A stretch of 64,000 bases of DNA from an uncultured Thermoanaerobaculia bacterium. GTDB taxonomy: Bacteria; Acidobacteriota; Thermoanaerobaculia; Thermoanaerobaculales; Sulfomarinibacteraceae. The stretch lies in NCBI GenBank assembly GCA_964552395.1, contig CAZKGM010000001.1, positions 72,408-136,407 of the forward strand. Direction: 5' to 3'. How positions within the stretch are numbered: the stretch's first letter is position 1; every line of letters starts with the position of its first letter. Position numbers and translations under genes: made by a program. This document shows, in pieces, positions 56,502 through 64,000 of this stretch. A model generated the notes under the pieces. That model was given only the letters and a program-made list of their open reading frames with translations, did no database searches and was not told where the DNA came from.

Positions 56502-57309
56502 CCGGTTTGAGGCCGCGACCGGCGTGCGGCTCCTCGGCACGGGCGGTCACGGGACAATTGATGGCCCGAGCGATCTCCACCAGTGCCGGTAGCGCTTCCT
56601 CGGCCGCAGCGGCGACAACAACCGTGGCCACCGCACGGGCCTTCGCCGACGGATGGGGGTCGACCACGACGACGGTCGCTCCGTATGCGGGGGCCCCCAT
56701 GACCAGCCACGAGGCCGGGGCCACCTCGAGGCCGGTGCCCACGGCCAGTACCGCGTCGGCCTTGCGGAAGAGCTTGGCCGCGCGCGAGAAGGCCTGCTCG
56801 GGAATGATGTCGTCGAACAGGACGATGTCTGGGCGCAGGACCGCATCGCACGACGAGCAGCGGGGGGCCGGCGGCCACGGCGCCACGTCCTCCCGGCGGT
56901 AGGTTCGCCGGCAGCCTGGGCAGTGGCCCGTGGCCACGGTTCCGTGCAGCTCGACGACCTCACGGCTTCCGGCCGCCTGGTGCAGGCCGTCGATGTTCTG
57001 CGTCACCAGCCCACCGAGCAGGCCCAGCTTCTCGAGAGCTGCGAGGGCGGTGTGGGCCGGGTTGGGGCGCGCATCCCGTAGCTCACCATCGAGGCTCCCG
57101 AACAGCCGCCACACCTTCTCCGGATCCCGCCGGAAGGCGGCTGCCGTTCCGTATTCCTCGACCGGAAACCGCGCCCAGATCCCGTCCTCGGCCCGGAACG
57201 TCGAGATCCCTGAGCCCGCGGAGACGCCGGCGCCGGTCATGGCGACCGTGAACGACGCCCCGCACAGCAGCTCGACCGCACGGTGCAGCTCGGATCTCGC
57301 GTGGCCCAT
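56467..57309 (-). CDS. cobB: NAD-dependent protein deacylase (Sir2/CobB family)
   Basis: GAGVSAGSGISTFR, TQNIDGLH, HG and a Zn ribbon CPGC...CSSC. Only the last 280 codons of the 777-aa ORF 56467..58800 are used. Confidence 0.9.
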   Translation of the reverse strand: MGHARSELHRAVELLCGASFTVAMTGAGVSAGSGISTFRAEDGIWARFPVEEYGTAAAFRRDPEKVWRLFGSLDGELRDARPNPAHTALAALEKLGLLGGLVTQNIDGLHQAAGSREVVELHGTVATGHCPGCRRTYRREDVAPWPPAPRCSSCDAVLRPDIVLFDDIIPEQAFSRAAKLFRKADAVLAVGTGLEVAPASWLVMGAPAYGATVVVVDPHPSAKARAVATVVVAAAAEEALPALVEIARAINCPVTARAEEPHAGRGLKPVRGDLEEGSPR

Positions 57310-57441
57310 CGGTTCCTCATCCGGTATTGTAGGGCGATCGCGGCGAAGCCGGCCAGCAGCCGCCAGCCTCGGGCCTCCGAGCGGGTACGAGAATGATGCG
57401 GTCCGCGGCAGGCGGTCGTAGAATCCGTCGAGGAGGTTCCC

Positions 57442-58605
57442 ATGATGAACGAGCTCGGAATCGTCGTCGCCGGTCTGTTCCTCGCCGCCGCCGCAGGCTC
57501 CGCCGCCGCCCAGGCTCCGCCCACGCGGGCCGAGGTCGAGCAGCTGATGGGTTTGCGTTCTGAGGGAGACCTGGTCCGCGGCCAACTCGACACCACGGGC
57601 TTCGTGGTGACCGCTCGGCAGGCTGACGACGTCCTCACTCAGGCTCTCCAGGCCGAGAAGACGGGGTTGGAGTCTGACCGCACCAGGCTCCATCTCGCTC
57701 CGGGCGAGGGTGTGGCGGCGGTCGTCTGCCCTCATGACGACCACCTGTACGCGGCGCGAGTCTACGTGCATGCCACCGAGCTCGTTCACGCGCCGCGGGT
57801 GATCATGATCGGCGTCTTTCACAAGGCGCTCCTGTGGAACCTCTCCGACAAGCTCGTGTTCGATCGCTTCGAGGCCTGGCACGGCCCCTGGGGCCCGGTG
57901 CGGGTCGACTCCCTGCGCAACCAGCTGCTCGGCGCCATGCCGGCGGGCGACGTCGTCGTCGACGACACCATGCACTGCCGCGAGCACTCGCTGGAGGCCA
58001 TCGTCCCGTTTCTCGAGCACGGCAACCACGAGATCACAATCGTGCCCATCCTGGTTCCATACATGGGGTGGCCTCGCATGGGAGAGCTTGCCGACCATCT
58101 CTCGGCCGCCCTGGCCCAGATCATGAAGCGCAAACGGTGGCGTCTCGGCCGCGACGTGGCCGTTGTCATCTCCACCGATCTCGTCCACTACGGACCCGAC
58201 TTCGACCATGCTCCCTTCGGTACCGATGTTGCGGCGTACGAACAAGCGGTAGCCCGTGACCGACGTCTCATTCACGATCACCTCGAGGGGCCTGTCGAGA
58301 GCCGACGGCTCGAAAGCCTCTTCGAGACCCTGGTCGATCCGGCCGACCCGCATGTCTACCGCATTCCGTGGTGCGGCCGCTTCTCGGTTCCGTTCGGGCT
58401 CGAGCTCGTCCGACGCACTGCCGAGCGGCTGCGGCTGCCGATGCCGGTCGGGCACCTGCTGCGCTACGGCACCAGCATCTCCGAGCCCGAGCTCCCGGTC
58501 TCGAAAGCCACCCGGGACGCCGGCCTCGGCTACACGGCACCGTCGAACTTGTACCACTGGGTCGGCTACGGCGCAGTGGCCTACACGCTGCCCGAGGCAA
58601 GATAG
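57442..58605 (+). CDS. MEMO1 / AmmeMemoRadiSam-system protein B family protein with N-terminal signal-like segment
   Basis: AGGAGG RBS. CPHDDHLYAARVY, MIGVFH, REHSLEAIVPFLEH, ISTDLVHYG, WCGRFSVPFGLEL and WVGYGAVAY align with MEMO family blocks. Confidence 0.7.
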   Translation: MMNELGIVVAGLFLAAAAGSAAAQAPPTRAEVEQLMGLRSEGDLVRGQLDTTGFVVTARQADDVLTQALQAEKTGLESDRTRLHLAPGEGVAAVVCPHDDHLYAARVYVHATELVHAPRVIMIGVFHKALLWNLSDKLVFDRFEAWHGPWGPVRVDSLRNQLLGAMPAGDVVVDDTMHCREHSLEAIVPFLEHGNHEITIVPILVPYMGWPRMGELADHLSAALAQIMKRKRWRLGRDVAVVISTDLVHYGPDFDHAPFGTDVAAYEQAVARDRRLIHDHLEGPVESRRLESLFETLVDPADPHVYRIPWCGRFSVPFGLELVRRTAERLRLPMPVGHLLRYGTSISEPELPVSKATRDAGLGYTAPSNLYHWVGYGAVAYTLPEAR

Positions 58606-58841
58606 CCCGAAACTCCTCAACATCCCATGGCTCCGATGGTCTCCGGGCCGACACGGCGGGTTGGTGAGAAGACGATGGAACCTCGAAGGCGCGAAGAGCA
58701 CCAAGACAAGAAATCGAAGATCCTCTTGGCGATGAACAAGTGGGCTGTGGCAGCGATCGATACACCGGCCGAGAAGGGCTCGCTTCAGCGAGCTGGACAC
58801 CCAGGATCAACATCGGCCGGCTGAGACTGTGGCCACCGCGG

Positions 58842-59960
58842 TCAGCGGCCGAACTCCTTCAGCGTCTGCAGGAAGCTGATGGTGTCCTCGCGGGTCAGCA
58901 TCCCAACCATGCGATCGTCGGTCATCACCGGAAGCTGGTTGAAGCCGTCGCGCTGCATCTCCTCGAGCGCCTTCCAGAGATCGGTGTCGGGCGTCACGAC
59001 CTTCAGGCGTTCCAGCGGGATCATGGCCTCTTCGGCCGTCGTCGTCATCCACTGGTCACGCGGGATCTCCCGCAGGCCGTGCAGCGTCAGTAGACCGGCC
59101 ACGCGGTTTCCGCGGGTTACGGCGAAGGACCGCCTGCTGCCGCCGAGAATGTGCTCGTCTACGAGGCGCGCGAGTGTTATGTCGGATGGAATCGAGACGA
59201 ACTGTGGGCTCATGGCTGCCGCCACCTTGTAGCCGGCCATCAGGTCGTGGGCGTCCTGGGCGTGGAGCTGACCCGCGGCAGCGCTGTCGAGGAACCAGCC
59301 AATGAACGCGATCCAAATGCCGTTCAGCAGATTTCCGGAGAGAGCCTGCCAGACGCCGAGGAAGATGAACGCGAAGGCGATGAAACGGCCTACATGAGCG
59401 GCGACGAAGGTGGCGCGGCGCAGGTTCTTCGTAGCCCCCCAGACGATGGCCCGCAGGACCCGGCCTCCGTCGAGAGGGAAGCCCGGCACGAGATTGAAGA
59501 GGAACAGCATGCCGTTGATGAGCGCCAGGTACTCGGCCAGAGCCATGAGCGGCTCGGCGCCGGTCAGAACGTGCCGGAGAGCCTCGAACACGCAGGCGAG
59601 AGCGAGGCTCACCGCCGGCCCGGCGAGAGCGATCCAGAACTCCGCCACGGCGCTGGGAGGCTCGGATCCGAGCTGGGCGATGCCGCCGAAGATGAACAGC
59701 GTGATCTTGCGGACCGGCACCTTGAAGCGCATGGCCACGACGGAGTGGCCCAGCTCGTGGAGCAGCACGCTGACGAACAGCATGATCGCCGTGACCGCGC
59801 CCATGATCCAGTAGAGGGATCCCGACCAGTGTGGGAACTCGTGCGGGTAGTAACTGATCGCCAGGGACCACGTGATGAGCCCGAAGATCAGGAACCAGCT
59901 GTAGTCCAAGCGGACGGGGATCCCGAGGACGCGTCCCAGCGGCACGGTGTTACGGCTCAT
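58842..59960 (-). CDS. Site-2 protease (M50) family protein with C-terminal CBS pair
   Basis: Start at MSRNTVPLG (ggaggga RBS). HELGH zinc motif, LFNLVPGFPLDGG, then two CBS motifs. Confidence 0.9.
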   Translation of the reverse strand: MSRNTVPLGRVLGIPVRLDYSWFLIFGLITWSLAISYYPHEFPHWSGSLYWIMGAVTAIMLFVSVLLHELGHSVVAMRFKVPVRKITLFIFGGIAQLGSEPPSAVAEFWIALAGPAVSLALACVFEALRHVLTGAEPLMALAEYLALINGMLFLFNLVPGFPLDGGRVLRAIVWGATKNLRRATFVAAHVGRFIAFAFIFLGVWQALSGNLLNGIWIAFIGWFLDSAAAGQLHAQDAHDLMAGYKVAAAMSPQFVSIPSDITLARLVDEHILGGSRRSFAVTRGNRVAGLLTLHGLREIPRDQWMTTTAEEAMIPLERLKVVTPDTDLWKALEEMQRDGFNQLPVMTDDRMVGMLTREDTISFLQTLKEFGR

Positions 59961-60154
59961 GTCTTCCCTCCTTTGTGCACACGGTCCTCCCCGAGCAGGT
60001 TCAACAATACCCCGGCAGACGAGATTTCGGTGCATCCGCCGACAAGCAAGGCCGAGCGGCTGTGGCCGGGTCGACTCGTAGCAGCCAGCCCAAGGCACGG
60101 GCATGTTGACTCCCGCCCCCGAGCCTGACATGGTGAAGCAGAGGAGGGCTCGCC

Positions 60155-60538
60155 ATGGAACCGCGAGTCGTTTCCAGGTACGACAGTGCCCGCAACATCC
60201 TCTTCACCGAGGACTACGGCGACCTCGGCACCCGCGAGGAGGTGGACGAGTTTGTGGCTCGGTATACGGAGATTCTGCGCGAGCTGGAGCGCCCCGCGTA
60301 CATCGTGTCGAACATTGACCACCTGCGGGTCCGGGCCGAGGCGGCGGAGTACTACGGGCAACGGGCTCGGGCAACGGTCGACCGGTACAGCCTCGGCTTC
60401 GCCCGCTGGGGCACCGACAGCTGGGCGCGGATGACCGTACGAACGACCTCGCTCAAGGCCGGCATGCCGACGAAGATCTTCGACACGCGCGACGAGGCCG
60501 TGGGAGAGATAGAGCGCATGAAGAAGGCTTCAGGGTAG
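60155..60538 (+). CDS. Hypothetical protein (127 aa)
   Basis: Clean ORF with typical codon bias. No family recognised with confidence. Confidence 0.55.
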   Translation: MEPRVVSRYDSARNILFTEDYGDLGTREEVDEFVARYTEILRELERPAYIVSNIDHLRVRAEAAEYYGQRARATVDRYSLGFARWGTDSWARMTVRTTSLKAGMPTKIFDTRDEAVGEIERMKKASG

Positions 60539-60571
60539 CGGGTAGCCCCCATCAGGCGTCCGGTATGCTCA

Positions 60572-61477
60572 TCACGTCTCCTGGGCGTCGTCGGACTCAG
60601 GCGGAGAGCTCTGGGCGAACCGGTTGTCGGCGGCTGTTCTGTCGACAGACGACCGGTCGAGCCAGCCGGCGACGGCCTCGGGATACGCGTCAAACTCGGG
60701 GACGTACGGCTTGATGTCGAGTACCGGCGTGCCGTCGAGGAGATCGAGCTCGCCGATGTCGAGTCGGCAGCCCGAGATTCCGAGCAGCCGCACCGCGGAG
60801 ATCCCTACTGGGTTGGGCCTGGAGGGGGCGCGGGTCGCAAACAGGCCGCGTTGAGCGGTGTCACGATAGGGGATGACGAGCGGCCGCCAGCCACGACCAC
60901 GGTCCAGGACGGAAACGATCCAGATCCGATCAAAGCCTTCGAGATCTGCCAGAGCCGGTGCGTACTCGGGGAGCAGCTCGACGTATCCCGTGTGGTCCTC
61001 GGCAGTCCGAGGCTGGATGGGCGTTCCCTGATGATCGTCAAACGGCGAGTGAACCACTCCGATGGGGATGAGCACCACGCTTTCGAGGTCGGTGTCCTCG
61101 ATCGCCGGCGGGGAGAGGGCTGTGGCCGCGAGCAGGTTTCGCGCACGGATGGCCAGACGGCTGAGCGTCGACCTTTGGACGGCGGACAGTGGACCGTAGC
61201 CGGTCAGACGATCCGGCTCCAGCCCGTCCGCCAGGACGGCGAGGGCCGCGAGCAGCCCCGCGGGGCTTCGCTCGGGCAGGCGCGAGCCGGTGGCCGCGAC
61301 GAGGTCGCCCAGGGCTTTCAGCTCGCCCTCGGGCAACACCGCAAGGCCGTCGGCATGAAGCTCCGACAGACGTCTCTCGAGCGTGCGCAGGACACCGGCG
61401 ATCGCGCGCCGGTGGTTGGGAGGCAGCGAGGAGATGTCATCCGGAGATGGCCATTCGGTGGTGATTCCGGAGCTCAC
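60572..61477 (-). CDS. trmO: tRNA (t6A37) methyltransferase TrmO/TsaA-like protein with ~130-aa N-terminal extension
   Basis: The C-terminal 170 aa carry IPIGVVHSPF, GFDRIWIVS, RGLFATRAPSRPNPVGIS and DGTPVLDIKPY (YaeB/TsaA signature). 4-nt overlap with the upstream permease. Confidence 0.82.
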   Translation of the reverse strand: MSSGITTEWPSPDDISSLPPNHRRAIAGVLRTLERRLSELHADGLAVLPEGELKALGDLVAATGSRLPERSPAGLLAALAVLADGLEPDRLTGYGPLSAVQRSTLSRLAIRARNLLAATALSPPAIEDTDLESVVLIPIGVVHSPFDDHQGTPIQPRTAEDHTGYVELLPEYAPALADLEGFDRIWIVSVLDRGRGWRPLVIPYRDTAQRGLFATRAPSRPNPVGISAVRLLGISGCRLDIGELDLLDGTPVLDIKPYVPEFDAYPEAVAGWLDRSSVDRTAADNRFAQSSPPESDDAQET

Positions 61478-62787
61478 GACGGTCCAACCTCCTTTGCGGC
61501 GAGGCGGAGGCTTCGATGGCCGAGAACCCGGTAGGCAGCCTCAAGACCGAACGACAGAACAACCATGGCCACCAGGGCCCACAGGTGTGAGGGCGCGGTA
61601 CGGGCCGTCTGCCATACCAACGCCGCCAGAGCACCCAGGCAGGCGGCAAGTCCGAGGACGGCCAGCAGGGGCCGGGCTCCGGTCTGACGGGCGAGGGCGA
61701 GGTTGGCGGCGTTGACGGCGGCGAAGATGAGGAGGAAGCCGGCGCTGCCCATCATCGAGATGCTGGCGAGAGCGGTGGTGTTGGCCAGCACCAGGGCGAG
61801 GGCCGCGGTGATCAGCAGCCCCTCGAGTGGCTTGTTCCACACCTCGTGCTCGATGAAGGTGGGAAGCTCGCCTTCCTTCGCGATCATGTAGCTCAGCCTG
61901 GCGGAGCCGTAGAGGGTGGCGTTGATGGCCGAGAACGTGGACAACAGGGCCGCCACCGCGATCAGGGTGAAGCCGGTCGAGCCGAGAAACGGCTTCGCGG
62001 CCTCGGCCAGAGCGTAGTCCTTGGCGGCCACGATCCGCGCCAGCGGCAGGTTGCCGACCGTGACCGTTGCCACCAGCACGTAGAGCGCGATCACAAACAG
62101 CACGGAGCCAAAGTAGGCCCGCGGCAGTGTGACGTTCGGGTTGCGCACGTCCTGAGCCGTGTTGGCGATCAGCTCGAAGCCTTCATAGGCGAGGAAGATG
62201 ATCATCCCTCCGGCGATCAGCTGCATCGGCTGCGCCCAGGTCGACGGCGCGATGCGGCTCGGATCGATACCCCACAGCCCGACCGCAACAAAGAGCGCCA
62301 GGAGCGTCAGCTTCAACCCCACGATGTAGATCTCGGCCTTGCCGACCGCCTTTGCGTTGAGCATGTTGAGAAGCGTCGGCACGATGATCCCAGCGCTGAT
62401 CAGCAGGTGCCTGATAAGGACCTGATGTTGAGCCGGAAAGAACGTGGCGCCGTAGCTGCCGAAGGCGTAGGCGTAGAGAGCGAGCATCACCACGTAGCTG
62501 ATCCACAGCAGGATGTTCATCCCACCGGTAAAGAGGTCGATGCCGAAGGCGCGGTCGAGAAAGATGATCGTGCCGCCCTGGCTCGGGTAGTGGACCGATA
62601 GCTTGGAGTAGGAGTAGGCCGTGAACAGGGCGACCAGCCCCGCGATCGCAAAGGCCACTGCAGTGGCACCGCCCGCGAGCGCCACAGCGAGGCCGAGAAC
62701 GGCGAAGATCCCGCCACCGACCATGCCGCCGACCCCCATCGAGGCGACTTCCCAGAAGCCGAGCAGCCGACGATCCTGCGAGCTCAT
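61474..62787 (-). CDS. APC-superfamily amino-acid/polyamine permease
   Basis: 12-TM protein. N-terminus LGFWEVASMGVGGMVGGGIFAVLG is typical of APC permeases. ATG at 62787 is preferred; the ORF stays open to 62892. Confidence 0.88.
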   Translation of the reverse strand: MSSQDRRLLGFWEVASMGVGGMVGGGIFAVLGLAVALAGGATAVAFAIAGLVALFTAYSYSKLSVHYPSQGGTIIFLDRAFGIDLFTGGMNILLWISYVVMLALYAYAFGSYGATFFPAQHQVLIRHLLISAGIIVPTLLNMLNAKAVGKAEIYIVGLKLTLLALFVAVGLWGIDPSRIAPSTWAQPMQLIAGGMIIFLAYEGFELIANTAQDVRNPNVTLPRAYFGSVLFVIALYVLVATVTVGNLPLARIVAAKDYALAEAAKPFLGSTGFTLIAVAALLSTFSAINATLYGSARLSYMIAKEGELPTFIEHEVWNKPLEGLLITAALALVLANTTALASISMMGSAGFLLIFAAVNAANLALARQTGARPLLAVLGLAACLGALAALVWQTARTAPSHLWALVAMVVLSFGLEAAYRVLGHRSLRLAAKEVGPS

Positions 62788-63258
62788 GGCCGCGTGACTC
62801 GGACCTGCGGTATGAGTTGGCCGGTTTGCAGAGAGCAGCAGGATCTCAGTGGCTCTCCATGATCGCTTACGTCTGGCACAGTGCGCCTCCAAGCCGATGT
62901 CGCCCGTACCCGGCCGGCGACCTGCTCGAGGCCGGATTATACCGGCGCCGGTTAGTAGCGGACGTCCAGCCAGCGCTTCTCACCATCACGCGGTTGCAGC
63001 GCGCGGTACAATGGCGCCTGCGGGGCCCTCTCGGCTCCGGGGTCCTCGGCCCACGCTGGCCCCTTCGGGGCCGCACGCCTTCGGCGAGAGCCCCTGCCAA
63101 TGCACTCGTTCGCGCCGAGGTTCGCATCGGAATCAGGACCGGTGGTGACACTGCACGGAGGAATGAGCCGTCCGTGCGTAGCGAGGCTTGTCCGGAGTAG
63201 AATCGGGGAGAAGCCTACGCCTGAGGATGTGAGACATTGCAAGGGAGGAGCGTTCGCC

Positions 63259-63867
63259 ATGAGTGAGCAGGTTTGGTTCGTCGTCAAGGACGGAGCGCAG
63301 CTCGAGGGTACCTTCGCCGCCGAGCAGGTGGCGGAGGTGGTTCGCGGTCAACCGGGCTCGAGCTTCATGGTGTGGAAGGATGGGATGGCCGCGTGGTCGG
63401 ACCCGCAGGCAGTGGCCGAGCTGGCACCGCTGCTGGCGCCGCCTCCGCCGGCCGCACCTGCTCGGGAGGAGGTCGCGCCCCCCGCACCGACGACCGGCGG
63501 CCGCCCATCCGCCCAGGCATTGATGAAGAGGGCGGGCTTCATCCGCTCGCTCTTCGACCTCAGCTTCGACAGCTTCGTGACGCCGAGGATGATCACGGTG
63601 CTCTACGTCCTGGGGATGGTCGTGGTTGGCCTCGTCCTGCTGGCCATGATCGTCTCCGGGTTCGGAACCATCTTCATGGGCATTCGGATTCACGCCTGGG
63701 GACTGTCGCTGAAGGGTCTCTTGCTGCTTGTCCTGTCTCCTGTCATCGCCGTGATCTACCTGGCGCTGATCCGTATGTGGCTGGAGCTCGTGGTGGTGCT
63801 CTTCAAGATCAAGGAGAGCCTGGAAACAATGGCGCAAGGCGGTTCGCGGGCGCCGGCGGGCGACTGA
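63259..63867 (+). CDS. GYF_2 (DUF4339) N-terminal domain / DUF4282 C-terminal membrane domain protein
   Basis: aagggaggag RBS. WFVVKDGAQLEGTFAAEQV......MVWKDGMAAWSD (GYF_2), a Pro/Ala linker, then LFDLSFDSFVTPRMITVLYVLG... (DUF4282-like, 2-3 TM). Confidence 0.75.
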   Translation: MSEQVWFVVKDGAQLEGTFAAEQVAEVVRGQPGSSFMVWKDGMAAWSDPQAVAELAPLLAPPPPAAPAREEVAPPAPTTGGRPSAQALMKRAGFIRSLFDLSFDSFVTPRMITVLYVLGMVVVGLVLLAMIVSGFGTIFMGIRIHAWGLSLKGLLLLVLSPVIAVIYLALIRMWLELVVVLFKIKESLETMAQGGSRAPAGD

Positions 63868-63892
63868 GCGGCATCGGTCCGGCGGGGAAGCG

Positions 63893-64000
63893 ATGGCAGG
63901 GGAGCGGGACGCTCGGCCGACCGCCGTTGGCGTTATCGGGTGGAGCTGGGTCGTCCTCGGGGCGCTGATGGTGCTCGGCGGCGGTCTGGGCCTGGCGATG
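63893..64000 (+). CDS. Start of a membrane protein, 3'-partial (runs off window end)
   Basis: ATG at 63893 gives MAGERDARPTAVGVIGWSWVVLGALMVLGGGLGLAM... It is too short to classify. Confidence 0.3.
   Translation, partial: MAGERDARPTAVGVIGWSWVVLGALMVLGGGLGLAM

Noticed and set aside
56467-58800. 777-aa minus-strand ORF
   Set aside because: Only the last 280 codons (56467..57309) are the Sir2 deacylase. The rest is antisense to the MEMO-like gene (57442..58605) and has no recognisable features.
58606-58841. 236-nt lower-GC spacer with a 49-65 aa plus-strand ORF (58627..58824) and a GCTCGC-TTCA-GCGAGC hairpin
   Set aside because: The ORF has weak codon bias, no convincing RBS and no recognisable motifs. 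The hairpin lacks a U-tract. There is not enough evidence to call a gene or an ncRNA.

Overview
High-G+C bacterial chromosomal segment, densely coded on both strands and mostly housekeeping. I saw no rRNA, tRNA, CRISPR array, transposase or integrase. In order, the recognisable content is:
- two-subunit class I fumarate hydratase plus malate dehydrogenase
- enoyl-CoA hydratase
- a DUF47/PiT phosphate-transport pair
- a DUF1844 / TPR-zinc-ribbon membrane protein / DUF4388(PATAN)-GspG-like trio
- a dnaK - hsp20 - hspR - sigma-70-family heat-shock block
- a PD-(D/E)XK nuclease/XPD-DinG-type helicase fusion
- a dihaem cytochrome c
- a transglutaminase-like TPR lipoprotein
- a multi-domain DUF1573 protein interrupted by one in-frame TGA
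- a divergent ClpX-like AAA+ ATPase with a small partner ORF
- an FHA-domain bacterial enhancer-binding protein
- an orphan gene bracketed by terminators
- PduO-type cobalamin adenosyltransferase
- the conserved phoH - 7TM-HD - ybeY - CNNM/CBS - era cluster
- an MgtC/DUF4010 membrane protein and a nitroreductase
- a Rieske / cytochrome b / nine-haem cytochrome c complex
- DUF2339 and PilZ proteins
- rocD, prfB (classical +1 frameshift), a Ser/Thr kinase, a DUF3365-haem/HAMP protein and lnt
- a Spy/CpxP-like protein, a family III CoA-transferase and a CAP-domain protein
- a NapH-like polyferredoxin with a Crp/Fnr regulator
- a metal-uptake cluster (DUF2946-like, porin-like barrel, Zn/Mn binding protein, permease; no ATPase)
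- a sirtuin, a MEMO-like protein, an S2P/CBS protease, TrmO, an APC permease and a GYF_2/DUF4282 protein

The most unusual signal is the TGA at 18735-18737. It lies exactly on the first Cys of the conserved S-C-G-C-T motif of a DUF1573 domain and is followed by hairpins. That makes it either a selenocysteine candidate or a nonsense mutation.

Other points worth a second look:
- the ClpX paralogue that lacks every substrate- and ClpP-contacting loop
- a PATAN-TM-pseudopilin-like fusion
- a haem-c/HAMP stub next to a kinase with a tandem C-terminal repeat
- an FNR-type box upstream of the NapH-like gene

All domain and family calls come from reading the translations and recalling family motifs. 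No database search was run.
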